The notes under the pieces: generated by a model
Databases searched by the model: none
The model's input: only the letters and a program-made list of their open reading frames with translations
What the model was told of the DNA's origin: nothing
Program-made: the position numbers and the translations under genes
NCBI GenBank assembly: GCA_963764165.1
Contig: CAVXRD010000002.1
Span: forward strand, 2,912,001-2,976,000
Direction of reading: 5' to 3'
DNA: 64,000 bases
DNA from: an uncultured Verrucomicrobiae bacterium
GTDB taxonomy: Bacteria; Verrucomicrobiota; Verrucomicrobiia; Limisphaerales; Palsa-1400
In this document: positions 49,319-59,347 of the stretch, piece by piece
How positions within the stretch are numbered: the first letter of the stretch is position 1
Layout of the letters: every line of letters begins with the position of its first letter

Positions 49319-50872
49319 TCACTTAGGCCGGTAGCTCTTGACGACCAAGTCGCTCAAAACCTTGTCCGGCGTTTCGACCGCATCCTGGTCAATAACAAAT
49401 TCCTGCTGCCCCGTGTTTTGCGAAATCAGTTTCAGGCCGAATTGAAAATCCTTGAACCTTTCGCTGCACAAATCGCGCACGGGAACGGACTTTTCCAGAG
49501 CCATCGCGACAAGGCGGTCCGCCGCGGCTTCGGTGAAACGAAGTGTCAGCTTGTAGGTGTCACCGAAGCGCGCGGCGAAATCATGAACCAATTGGCGGGC
49601 GACGACGCGCTCCTCTTTCTGGTGCTCGGCCAGCAGCTTGGTCAGTTCGGCGGCGGGGTTGTCCACCAATTCGCGGGTGACAACAAATCGTTTCACCAGC
49701 GTGGAAGGCAGCTCAAATTTGAAATCGCGAAAGACCCGCTCGCACACCGTCATCAGCCCGCGCGCGCCCGTCGTCTCTTCGGCCGCCAGCTCGGCGATGC
49801 GCCGCAGGCCATCGTCGCGGAACAGCACCTCAATTCCGTAGGCCGCAAACGTTTGTTCGTATTGACGGATGATGCTTCCCTCTGAGGTTTTCAGAATCGT
49901 GAACAAATCGTCGACACCGAGCGGGCGGCAGATCACGCGGACCGGGAGGCGGCCGATAAATTCCGGCTCGAAACCGAATTCGATGAAATCGCGCGTCTGG
50001 CTGTGTTCCAAGGCGGTGGATTCGTCCGCGTGCCGGATGCCGGGCACGGGCGCGGCGAAACCGATGGTGGCCTCGCGCAGGCGCTTTTTGACAATCTTCT
50101 CCAGCCCATCGAACGCGCCGCTGACGATGAATAAAATGTGTTTGGTGTTGATGGTGGCCGGGGACTTTTTCCCGCGCTGGGAAAGATCCATCATCGCTTG
50201 AATTTGGCCGCTGATGTCGTTGGGAGAGCGCGCCGGGACGTTGGTTTCCTCCATCAACTTGAGCAAATTCGTCTGCACGCCGCGCCCGCTGACGTCACGA
50301 ACCGAACTATTCGAGGCCGAAGCAATCTTGTCGATTTCGTCGATGTAGATAATGCCGTATTGGGCGCGGTCAATGTCGTTATCCGCCCGCCGCACCAATT
50401 CGCGCACCAGATCTTCGACATCCGCGCCGACATAGCCGGTTTCGGAAAATTTGGTCGCATCCGCTTTGACAAACGGCACGCCGATGAGATCGGCGGCGTT
50501 GCGAATCAGATACGTTTTGCCAACGCCAGTGGGGCCGAGGAGGATGACGTTTTGTTTGGAATAGTTCGCCTGGCCATTCCCCTCTCGCGCTTGGCGGACG
50601 TAATGGTAATGGTCGCACAATGCGACGCTCAAAACCTTCTTCGCCTCGTCTTGCTTGATGACGAAGCGATCGAGGTAAGCTTTGACGTCGCGCGGTTTCT
50701 TATCGAAGGAAAAATCGCCGTCGGTGGTCTTTTCCTCAGGAGTTTCGTGTGTGAAGGCCGCTTCCGGCTTGTTGGGAACAGCCGAACCGGCCAGATGCTG
50801 ACGCATGAACTCCTGCAACTGCCGCTGGAATTCCTCCGGCGTCGGCGGCCCATTGAAAATTTGTTTCTCCAT
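49319..50872 (-). CDS. ClpX-like AAA+ ATPase lacking the N-terminal zinc-binding domain
   Basis: [37 protein letters not shown] loop, [13 protein letters not shown]; extra C-terminal domain. Confidence 0.85.
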   Translation of the reverse strand: MEKQIFNGPPTPEEFQRQLQEFMRQHLAGSAVPNKPEAAFTHETPEEKTTDGDFSFDKKPRDVKAYLDRFVIKQDEAKKVLSVALCDHYHYVRQAREGNGQANYSKQNVILLGPTGVGKTYLIRNAADLIGVPFVKADATKFSETGYVGADVEDLVRELVRRADNDIDRAQYGIIYIDEIDKIASASNSSVRDVSGRGVQTNLLKLMEETNVPARSPNDISGQIQAMMDLSQRGKKSPATINTKHILFIVSGAFDGLEKIVKKRLREATIGFAAPVPGIRHADESTALEHSQTRDFIEFGFEPEFIGRLPVRVICRPLGVDDLFTILKTSEGSIIRQYEQTFAAYGIEVLFRDDGLRRIAELAAEETTGARGLMTVCERVFRDFKFELPSTLVKRFVVTRELVDNPAAELTKLLAEHQKEERVVARQLVHDFAARFGDTYKLTLRFTEAAADRLVAMALEKSVPVRDLCSERFKDFQFGLKLISQNTGQQEFVIDQDAVETPDKVLSDLVVKSYRPK

Positions 50873-50923
50873 ATAAGGCACGTCAACCTAAGTCGACTTT
50901 CGGCAAAGCGCAATGTGCAGGAA

Positions 50924-51018
50924 AGGGACGCCTCGCCGAGGCGTCCGAGGTCGTGACATTTTTCGAACGCGTTGGGACTTGCGAATGTCTCCGGACGCCT
51001 CGGCGAGGCGTCCCTACC
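50924..51018. repeat. REP doublet (REPIN-like)
   Basis: Inverted REP pair; spacer homologous to 24421-24518. Confidence 0.9.
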
Positions 51019-51177
51019 TTTAACCTGCGAGACGCTCTGGCCGCCGCTTGCCGTTTGACGAATGGGTGGAAGTGGGACAAACTCGGCAGCGTCGATACTA
51101 CGATGAAAGGTTTTTGGTTTGACAGGCTCCCACGGCGGCCGGACGCTGCCGCCGCGCCCGTATTCTAGTCCGCCCCA

Positions 51178-53724
51178 ATGCCGACGACCACATCCCAAAC
51201 GCCTGTTTCTCCTCCCCGACCCTCGGTCAACGGAAAGTTCTTTCGTTTGGGCGACAAAAAGTTTTACCCAAAAGGCGTCACCTATGGGCCGTTCCGGCTG
51301 AATTCCCAAGGCCAGCCATTCCTCGAACCCGCCGCCACCGAGCGCGATTTTGAACTCGTCCGAAAGCTCGGCGCCAATTTGCTGCGCGTCTATCATACCC
51401 CGCCGCGCTGGCTGCTGGACCTGGCGCAAGCCCACGGACTCAAGCTCCTGATCGATGTTCCTTGGAGCAAGCACCTCTGTTTTCTCGATTCGGCCGTGTT
51501 CCAGCAACAGGCGTGCGATGCCGTTCGCGCGGCGGTGCAAAGCTGCGCGCGGCATCCCGCCGTTTTCGCCTACAGTGTTGTCAACGAGTTGCCGCCGGAC
51601 ATCGTGCGCTGGAGCGGCGCGGAAGCAGTCGAGGATTTTCTGGAACGGCTGGCGGCCGAGGCCAAGAGCGTCGATCCCGAATGCCTCTGCACTTTCGGCA
51701 ATTATCCGCCGACCGAATTTCTCAACCCGCAGAATTTTGATTTTCTTTCCTACAACGTCTATCTGCATCAGCAGCGGCCTTTTGAGAATTACCTGGCCCG
51801 TTTGCAAATGCTGGCGGAAGACAAGCCGCTGATGCTGACGGAACTCGGCATCGACAGCATTCGCGAAGGCGAAGAACAGCAGGCCGCCATTCTCGGGTGG
51901 CAGATTGAATCGGCTTTCCGCGCCGGAGTGGCGGGCGTGGCGGTTTTCAGCTTCACGGACGAATGGCACAAGGACGCGCGCGATGTGCCGGACTGGAAAT
52001 TCGGTTTGACAACCGCCGCGCGCGAGCCGAAGCCCGCTTTTGAATCGGTGCGGCAGAAATTCGCGCAGGCGCCGGGCTTCCCCCTTCCGCAGTATCCGAA
52101 GGTGACGGTGGTGGTCGCGTGCTTCAACGGCGGACGCACGCTGCAGCCGTGCCTGGATTCGCTCGGGCGGCTCAACTATCCCAGTTACGAAGTCATCGTG
52201 GTCAATGACGGTTCGACGGACATCACGGCGCAAGTCGCTTCGCTCTACAAAAATTTCAAGGTCATCACGCAACCGCACCAGGGGCTTTCGGTCGCGCGCA
52301 ACACGGGTTTGTTCGCGGGCGACGGCGAAGTGATCGCTTTCACGGACGCGGATTGCCGGGCGGACGAGGATTGGCTTTATTACCTCGTCGCGGATTTGTT
52401 GAAAGGCTCGTTCGTCGGCATGGGCGGCCACAATTTTCTTCCGCCCGATGATTCGGCAGTCGCGGCCTCCGTGATGGTTTCGCCGGGCGGTCCGGCGCAT
52501 GTTATGTTGACAGACCGGCAGGCTGAGCACGTTCCCGGCTGCAACATGGCTTTTTACAAATGGGCCCTGGCGGAGATCGGCGGGTTCGATCCGATTTTTC
52601 ATCGCGCTGGCGATGACGTGGACATTTGCTGGCGCTTGCAGGAGCGGGGCTACAAAATCGGCTTTTGCCCCCCGGGATTTGTGTGGCACTACCGGCGCTC
52701 GACGGTCGGGGCGTATTTGCGCCAGCAGAGCGGCTACGGCGAGGCGGAGGCAATGCTGGTGCGGCGGCATCCGGAGTATTTTAATTTCATCGGCGGCAGC
52801 GTTTGGCGCGGAAGAATTTATACGGCCTCAAAATTCGGCCTCACCATCGGGCGGCCCATCATTTATCACGGGCTTTTCGGGACGGGATTTTTCCAGAGTG
52901 TTTATCGGACAGAGCCGGCCGCCGCGCTCATGCTTTTCACCAGCCTCGAATATCACGCCTTGGTGAATCTGCCGCTCGTCGCGCTTTCCGTGCCATTTCA
53001 TTGGGTGCTTCCGCTGGCGTTGGTGAGCGTCGGATTTTCACTGGGCGTGTGCATTGTGGCCGGCGCGCAGGCGGACTTGCCGCGCAACAAGCGCCGGTTC
53101 TGGTCGCGCCCGATGGTGGCGATGCTCTTCTTCCTCCAGCCCATCGTGCGCGGATGGGCGCGTTACCAAGGCCGCTTGAATTATGGCCCGACACCGAAAA
53201 AAGCGGTCGAGTCGCTGGAATCACTTTCTTTGCAAGACCGGCCCGAAACGCTTGAACACGTCGAATACTGGTCGAACACGCCCATGGATCGGCTTGATTT
53301 TGTCCGCCGCATTCTGGAACGGCTTGACAAGGAAGGATGGGAAACAAAACCCGACGCGGGCTGGAGCAATTTCGATGTCGAAATCCTTGGCAGCCGCTGG
53401 TGCCATTTGCAATTGGTGACGGTCGTCGAACCGCACGCCAACGGCAAACAAATGGTGCGCTGCCGCCTGCGCACCGCCTGGTCGCTCTTCGCCAAGGCGG
53501 TCATGCTGGCCATGCTGTGCGTTGAATTGGTGATCATCGGAGCCGTCTGGCACCTGGTCTGGCAGATCTGGTTCCTGTTGATAACCGTATTGACCTTCGG
53601 CTGGTTCGTCGACCGCAACCGCCATGATTTGCAGCGCCTGATTTCAGTTGTCTTGGATGACATTGCTGCGAAAAATGGGCTGATCAAACTGAACCGCGAA
53701 CAGAAACCAGCAAAGAAGCCATGA
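51178..53724 (+). CDS. GH-A clan (GH2-like) TIM barrel plus GT2 glycosyltransferase membrane fusion
   Basis: GVTYGP, GANLLRVY, VVNE, TELG; then VNDGSTD, SVARN, FTDAD, GCNMAF, GDDVDICWR, QQSGY; C-terminal TMs. Confidence 0.85.
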   Translation: MPTTTSQTPVSPPRPSVNGKFFRLGDKKFYPKGVTYGPFRLNSQGQPFLEPAATERDFELVRKLGANLLRVYHTPPRWLLDLAQAHGLKLLIDVPWSKHLCFLDSAVFQQQACDAVRAAVQSCARHPAVFAYSVVNELPPDIVRWSGAEAVEDFLERLAAEAKSVDPECLCTFGNYPPTEFLNPQNFDFLSYNVYLHQQRPFENYLARLQMLAEDKPLMLTELGIDSIREGEEQQAAILGWQIESAFRAGVAGVAVFSFTDEWHKDARDVPDWKFGLTTAAREPKPAFESVRQKFAQAPGFPLPQYPKVTVVVACFNGGRTLQPCLDSLGRLNYPSYEVIVVNDGSTDITAQVASLYKNFKVITQPHQGLSVARNTGLFAGDGEVIAFTDADCRADEDWLYYLVADLLKGSFVGMGGHNFLPPDDSAVAASVMVSPGGPAHVMLTDRQAEHVPGCNMAFYKWALAEIGGFDPIFHRAGDDVDICWRLQERGYKIGFCPPGFVWHYRRSTVGAYLRQQSGYGEAEAMLVRRHPEYFNFIGGSVWRGRIYTASKFGLTIGRPIIYHGLFGTGFFQSVYRTEPAAALMLFTSLEYHALVNLPLVALSVPFHWVLPLALVSVGFSLGVCIVAGAQADLPRNKRRFWSRPMVAMLFFLQPIVRGWARYQGRLNYGPTPKKAVESLESLSLQDRPETLEHVEYWSNTPMDRLDFVRRILERLDKEGWETKPDAGWSNFDVEILGSRWCHLQLVTVVEPHANGKQMVRCRLRTAWSLFAKAVMLAMLCVELVIIGAVWHLVWQIWFLLITVLTFGWFVDRNRHDLQRLISVVLDDIAAKNGLIKLNREQKPAKKP

Positions 53725-55109
53725 ACGTCACCCAGGTCGCCATCCGCCCCAGTCAATCTTCGGAACTCGCAGGCCGGCCCTCGCTGACTCCGGAGTTGCT
53801 GGCGGCCAGTGGCGCGCGTTATTCCCGAAACAACGAAGGCCTGCAATCGATCCTCTCCAAAATCGATCCGAACAATCTGGAAAAATCCGTCGACGGCATT
53901 TTCCGCATGGTCGATTACGGGCACCAATCGATTGCGGACATGGTGCCGGTGGCGATGTTCATCGACGGCATTTCGATGTGGCTGGCGTATTACATTTGGA
54001 CGCTTTGCCCGACCGCCGGAGGACAGGAATCCTCCACCCGCTACATCAAGATTTCGCTGGATGGCCTGATTGAGCCGGAAACCCTCGGCATCCGTGAAAT
54101 TGGAGATTGGCGCGAATTAATGGGACAGTGTTTCCAAGCCTACCAATCGTCCGTGGAGATTTGGGAGGGATTGGCCGCGGCCAATCCGGCATTGATGGGC
54201 ATTCCGCAATCGCTTATCGACGACACGTCCGACACCGCGCGGAAAAAAGTGGCGCGCATGAAGCGGAATTATGCATTTGACAGGGCGCGCTATTTTCTTC
54301 CCGCCGCCGCCGCGACCAATGTGATGCTCATCATGTCGGCCCGCGGTTGGGTGGCTTTGTGCCAATTTCTTTTGTCGCAGCCGCTGCCCGAAGCGCAGCG
54401 GCTTGGCGAGCTGCTGCGAGCGGAATTGGAAATTCCCGCGCCGCGCATGCTCAAACACGCGCGCTGCGTCGAATCCGTGCAACGGTCCATTGCGGGCGAA
54501 TTTGAAAAGCTGGTGTTCCGCGCCAAAACTTCGCCGCTCCCGAAATCGGACAACGCCGCCACGCCCTCGCTCGCGGTTCTCACGCCGGCCGGCGTCACGC
54601 CAGAGGAAGTCGTGCGCGATTTATCATGCCATTCCAACCGCTATGCGCCGATTGGCACTTCGCTGCAGCGGACAAGCGTGCGATTCGGCTGGTCGGCCAT
54701 CGGCTTTGCGGAGATTCGCGATTTGAACCGCCACCGGACGGGGACAAAGTATTGCCCGTTCGTGCCGCAGGGATTTTATTATGCGGCCGATCAAATTCCC
54801 GCCGCGCAGGAAGAAAAACTGAGCGCGCTAAAAACGCTGGCCGCCGCTGGCCTCAGGGCGAACGAAAACGCCACGCAACGCCTGTGCGCCAGCGACCCAA
54901 CCTACGTTTATTGGACGTTGCTGGGGACGGAATTCCCGTTCGAGCACACGACGACGGCGGATAAATTCATTTACGAAGCAGAACTTCGGACGGGCCTTGG
55001 CGCGCATTATCGCTACGCCAAGCATCTGCGCGATGCGCTGGCGCTTTTCTACCAGCAGTTCCCGTCAACCAAAGGATTGATCCTCGAAGGCAGCGCGGAA
55101 CCGGAGTGA
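53721..55109 (+). CDS. ThyX-like FAD-dependent thymidylate synthase family protein (double length)
   Basis: YGHQSIAD, QESSTRY, FDRARYFLP, RDLNRHR; ATGA-coupled to the GT gene. Confidence 0.65.
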   Translation: MNVTQVAIRPSQSSELAGRPSLTPELLAASGARYSRNNEGLQSILSKIDPNNLEKSVDGIFRMVDYGHQSIADMVPVAMFIDGISMWLAYYIWTLCPTAGGQESSTRYIKISLDGLIEPETLGIREIGDWRELMGQCFQAYQSSVEIWEGLAAANPALMGIPQSLIDDTSDTARKKVARMKRNYAFDRARYFLPAAAATNVMLIMSARGWVALCQFLLSQPLPEAQRLGELLRAELEIPAPRMLKHARCVESVQRSIAGEFEKLVFRAKTSPLPKSDNAATPSLAVLTPAGVTPEEVVRDLSCHSNRYAPIGTSLQRTSVRFGWSAIGFAEIRDLNRHRTGTKYCPFVPQGFYYAADQIPAAQEEKLSALKTLAAAGLRANENATQRLCASDPTYVYWTLLGTEFPFEHTTTADKFIYEAELRTGLGAHYRYAKHLRDALALFYQQFPSTKGLILEGSAEPE

Positions 55110-55328
55110 TCGGCAGCGGAGCGCGGCTGTGTCGAAGACCAGCCGCAGATGCTTGGAAACAAGTGGCGCGTTGGAACGAGTCCTATGGCTCGCCAGTCGC
55201 AGTTCCGAAGTTTTGATATGCTTTTCGGAAAACGCCACAACAAGATTATTTTTTCGGTGCTTGAGCTTGCATCCCTGCCGGGGTGCGGCCCCCGCGGAGG
55301 TTCATTGGCAGCCTCGCCCTGCCGAGGT

Positions 55329-57986
55329 TCAGTCGTCATCGTGCCCCGAAATAGCCCATTCTGGATAAGGTTCCTTCGTCCCTTTCATCGCGCGCCAGAG
55401 GATTCGGTTCAGGGTGTCCTCAGGGCATTGATCGGGCTTGCTCAGCGGCAGCCGCGCGGACACTCGGGCATCGCGACGCAGCGTCGCGTTTGAAATCCTT
55501 TTGACAGCGGGGTTCATTTCGTCCAGCGGAACATTGTTGGAGACGGCGGTGAAAGGGCGCAAGTCCGGCACGTTCACAAAACAGTCCGACATTGGTGTTG
55601 CGGTCGCGTCCATTTGGTTCATGGGCGGCAAGCCGAGCATCAATTCCATCGTCCGCAGGAGGCTCGTCTGATTGTATTGCACGCTCACAGTCGCTCCGCG
55701 CTTGGTGTAAGGACTCGCAACGTAGGCCGTTGTGCGATAGCCGCTGACGTGATCCCACCCGGCCTGGGGATCGTCCTCGATGGCGAAGATGCAGGTGTTC
55801 GACCAAAACGCGCTGCGGCTCACGGCGTCAACGATGCGCCCCAGCGCCAGGTCGTTGTCGGCCACTTGCGCGGCTGGAGTCGGAGAATGCGGGCTGGTGC
55901 CGCTGGTGTGATCGTTCGGCAGGCAAATCAAAATAAAATCTGGATATTCCCCGGATTTTTCATATCCGCCCAGCGCCTTCGTGAAAACGGCCGCGCGCTG
56001 GACATCGGGAACGTCCAAATCCCAACCCGTGTAAGTGGTGTCAATAAAACGACGCAGTGACTCGATCGACGGCTCGCTGTGCGTGTAGATTTGCCCGGTG
56101 TTTTGCTGAAAGGCGCGATACACGTCAAGAAAGTGAATCGAACCGGAATGCGTTTTGTCCGTCCACGATTTGGTTGAGATGGCGAATTCGCCATAATCGC
56201 GGAGCGTCTTGCCGTGCTCAATGCAGTTGTCCCAAATGAATCCCGAAGGCGAATAAGCCAGCGCATCAATGTCGCTGGGTTCCATGCCGTCTGGATAACT
56301 GCGCGGAAAATTGGCGAAGGACTTTTCCATGTAGTCGGTGGCCATGGCGGAATCGGCCCATTGATGGCCGTCGGCGCTGAGGATGCCGCAGCAATAAGTG
56401 TTATCGAGCAGCGTGAACTCGCGCACCAGCTTGTGCTGGTTCGGCGTCACCCGGTCGCCGAAAATGCACAGCCGCGAATCGCCGTTCCCGCTCACAACAT
56501 CTCCGAGCACCTGATCGTAACTCCGGTTCTCCTTGATGATATAAACCACGTGCTTGAAAACGCTCGGCTCGCCGACTCGCTCGGGAACAGGGCGCGGCGG
56601 CTGGCCCGCGCGGGGCGGGAGCGCAGCCTCGCGCAATTTCGGATAACGGATGCCCGCCAGCGCCTGTTGCGTCCAGGTGGCAAGCTGCGAACCACGCGGC
56701 TCGTTGAAGCGGGTCAGGGAACCGTAGTATTGATGCGAATTGAAGGCGTTGGTGCCCGCAGGCGGCTTGATTCCCTTGATGTTCGCGACCTCGAGCGAAT
56801 GCCGCCACTTGTCCCAGACGATCGCGCCCGGATACCAGCCGACGGGCGCCAACCCAAGCCACCTGGATTCGCCGGGCTTGAATTCGATGACTGCAACCGC
56901 GTTCTGCGAACCGTTGCACACGTAAAGCCGTTTTCCTCCGGAATCGAAAGCCAGCGCGTTGGGGCTTGCGCCGAAAAGATCGCCCGGGTCGACACGCGCG
57001 CTGATGGTTTCCACAACGTCGTCTGTGCGAGAATCAATGACGCTTATTGTGTCGCTGGCGGCGTTCGCCACTGCGAGAAATTTGCCATTGGGCGACAGAG
57101 CCAGCGCCGAAGCGTGCTTGCCAACCATAATTTCCCGCGACGCGCCTGAATCCGGCTCAATCACAGTCACCGAACCTTCGCTGGCGATGTAACGCGCGGG
57201 ATCGACACGCACCTTGGTGCCGCGCCCGGCTGGCCCGGTGACGCTCGCCGCATCCGGCTGGCGGCCGCCCCAGTTGCTCACGTAAATCTTATGTTTGACC
57301 AACACGACGTCATACGGCGCAACACCCACGGGCCATTGGTGAAGAACCTGCCCCGTCTTCGCGTCGAGTTCAGCAAGGCGATTTCCCAAGTTGCACGCGG
57401 CATAGAGTTTTGCGCCATCGGCGGAGACGGCCAGTCCCGCCGGAATTTCGGCCCTCCGATCCGGCGCGTTTGCAGGTGGAAGCTCGAGGGACATAATCCC
57501 CCGCACTTGATGCGCCTTGTCGACTTCAAAAACCTTCACGCTGCCCTGGACATCCGAAAGGTAAATACGCGTTCCGTCTGGCGAAAAGACGAGGCCGGTG
57601 AAGCTCAGTTGGGCGTCTTTGTCGGCGGAAAGATTGTGGGTAAACGCCGAGCCGGTGTTGGTGGGGCTCATCGACACGGGCGGGAGCGGAATTTCTTGCA
57701 CATTCGTCCACGTTGCCGGGTCAATGATGATCAGATCGGAGGTTTTGCCAGAGGTGGCGAGAATTTTTCCATCGGGGCTTAGCGCGAGCGCCTGAGGGCG
57801 CATTCTCGGAAGCTCAAGCTGATCCCCAACGGGTGAAACCAATTGATTGACAGGTGTGATCAATCGACCGGCTCCTTCGTTCCGGACAAAATCTGAATTG
57901 GTGGTTGCCACTGTGACGGCGGGCCGTTGGGCCGCCGCCGCGCAAGCGAGCCAAAAAACTGCAAAGGCAGATTTAGTGAATTTCAT
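55329..57986 (-). CDS. YVTN/YncE beta-propeller plus phosphoesterase (alkaline-phosphatase-like) exported protein
   Basis: Signal peptide; propeller repeats (LALSPDG, VGWYP); HVVYIIKENRSYDQ, SADGHQW, LPNDHT, EDDPQAGWDHV. Confidence 0.88.
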   Translation of the reverse strand: MKFTKSAFAVFWLACAAAAQRPAVTVATTNSDFVRNEGAGRLITPVNQLVSPVGDQLELPRMRPQALALSPDGKILATSGKTSDLIIIDPATWTNVQEIPLPPVSMSPTNTGSAFTHNLSADKDAQLSFTGLVFSPDGTRIYLSDVQGSVKVFEVDKAHQVRGIMSLELPPANAPDRRAEIPAGLAVSADGAKLYAACNLGNRLAELDAKTGQVLHQWPVGVAPYDVVLVKHKIYVSNWGGRQPDAASVTGPAGRGTKVRVDPARYIASEGSVTVIEPDSGASREIMVGKHASALALSPNGKFLAVANAASDTISVIDSRTDDVVETISARVDPGDLFGASPNALAFDSGGKRLYVCNGSQNAVAVIEFKPGESRWLGLAPVGWYPGAIVWDKWRHSLEVANIKGIKPPAGTNAFNSHQYYGSLTRFNEPRGSQLATWTQQALAGIRYPKLREAALPPRAGQPPRPVPERVGEPSVFKHVVYIIKENRSYDQVLGDVVSGNGDSRLCIFGDRVTPNQHKLVREFTLLDNTYCCGILSADGHQWADSAMATDYMEKSFANFPRSYPDGMEPSDIDALAYSPSGFIWDNCIEHGKTLRDYGEFAISTKSWTDKTHSGSIHFLDVYRAFQQNTGQIYTHSEPSIESLRRFIDTTYTGWDLDVPDVQRAAVFTKALGGYEKSGEYPDFILICLPNDHTSGTSPHSPTPAAQVADNDLALGRIVDAVSRSAFWSNTCIFAIEDDPQAGWDHVSGYRTTAYVASPYTKRGATVSVQYNQTSLLRTMELMLGLPPMNQMDATATPMSDCFVNVPDLRPFTAVSNNVPLDEMNPAVKRISNATLRRDARVSARLPLSKPDQCPEDTLNRILWRAMKGTKEPYPEWAISGHDDD

Positions 57987-58108
57987 GGTGGCTCGCGTGA
58001 ACCGCAGGAGCTCCACAGATGAAACTACGCCATTAGGCGCTAGCCAAGGGTATTCATTCTTGCCTGCGCCAAACCACGCGCGAAAAAATGTGGTGGTTTT
58101 CGGAGATA

Positions 58109-58192
58109 TTGAACAGAAGGGAACGAAGGTAACGAAGAATGGCAAGCTGCGCTAAACAGCCGAATTGTTCCCTCTTCGTTTCCTTCTGTTAA
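58109..58192. repeat. Inverted repeat built from 9-bp ACGAAG units
   Basis: aacagaagggaacgaaggtaacgaag ... cttcgtttccttctgtt; a related half copy lies near 26300. Confidence 0.6.
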
Positions 58193-58218
58193 GACCCTTC
58201 CGGCAATATGCCAATCGC

Positions 58219-58245
58219 CCGGACGTCTCGGCGGGCGTCCCTGCC
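58219..58245. repeat. Single degenerate REP
   Basis: ccggacgtctcggcgggcgtccctgcc. Confidence 0.7.
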
Positions 58246-58249
58246 GTGA

Positions 58250-59311
58250 TTACTTGCCGACGATGATGAGGTCCAGCAGGCCGGGACCATTGCGGTTGCC
58301 ACGGCCGCCTCGCGCTCCAGCGGGAGGTGGCGCAGCAGGCGTGGGGGTGGCTCCGGGCGCCGCCTCGATGGCGATCAAAACAATTTGATTCTTCTTTGTG
58401 TCAAGCGAACAAGTCTTTGCGCCCTGCTTGGTCTGGACGTTCTGCGCCACCTCAAAGGTGGTGGGGCTGGTTTCCTTAATGATGGTTAATGTGCCATCAC
58501 GCTGCGAGCTGAAGGCTTCCATCGTGCTGGGATTAAATCCCGCGCCGTCCGTTCCGGAGCCGATGGGCAGCGTGGTCAGAATCTTTCCGTCGTCAGCGTT
58601 CAGGATCACGCATGTCGCGGGCTTGCGGCACATGGCGAAAAGGATGTGATTTTTGGCGTCCAGCGCCAGCCCGGCGGGGCCTTCAGCTTTATCGCCGAGC
58701 TTGTAATGGCCGGTCGTCTTCATCGCCTTGGCATCGACGACGGCGATTTGGTTTTCGTCTTCCAAATCAACGTAAACCTTGCCCGCGCCGTCGCTCGCTC
58801 CCTGCTCGGGCGCGCCGCCCAGGCTGATTGTCCCAGTAATGGAACCGTCCTTGGGATCGATGACTGTCACGTTCGGCTCGCTATGGCTCAGAATCCAAAT
58901 TTTCTCGGTGGCAGGCTCATGCATGATGCCGTCCGGATTGCCCTCAACCTTGATCGTCTTGATGGTTTCCAGCGTGGTTGTGTCAAACATCGTCACCGGA
59001 TTGCGGCTGCTGAAACCGTGATGTGATTTCGGGTCGACCGCGACGCCGTGGCCGCCGCTGTTGGTGACGGCGCCAACCTGTTTGAGCGTGTCGAGATCGA
59101 AGGCGAGAATCTGATTGCCGCGTGGGACGTAAACGCGGCGGCCCTCGCTATCTGCGCAAACGTAATCAATGCCTCCCGTGCCCATTGTTTGGGATGTGTT
59201 TATGACTTTGTAAGAATCTTCAGCGATCGCCGAAGCGGTAAGGTGAGTGGCCGCGAATGCTCCCAATCCTGCCATGAGCATGCTGCGTGCGAACGGAAGT
59301 CTAGTCTTCAT
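58250..59311 (-). CDS. YncE-family beta-propeller secreted protein
   Basis: Signal peptide; GGIDY, HGVAVD, NPDGI, GAPEQ, GPAGLALD repeats. Confidence 0.8.
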   Translation of the reverse strand: MKTRLPFARSMLMAGLGAFAATHLTASAIAEDSYKVINTSQTMGTGGIDYVCADSEGRRVYVPRGNQILAFDLDTLKQVGAVTNSGGHGVAVDPKSHHGFSSRNPVTMFDTTTLETIKTIKVEGNPDGIMHEPATEKIWILSHSEPNVTVIDPKDGSITGTISLGGAPEQGASDGAGKVYVDLEDENQIAVVDAKAMKTTGHYKLGDKAEGPAGLALDAKNHILFAMCRKPATCVILNADDGKILTTLPIGSGTDGAGFNPSTMEAFSSQRDGTLTIIKETSPTTFEVAQNVQTKQGAKTCSLDTKKNQIVLIAIEAAPGATPTPAAPPPAGARGGRGNRNGPGLLDLIIVGK

Positions 59312-59347
59312 AAGGCTATCCATTGCCAAGTGCGCCAGCTTTGTCAA

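Noticed and set aside
50629..52770. 713-aa minus-strand ORF
   Set aside because: Antisense to the GH-GT2 gene and reads through a REP doublet; no motifs.
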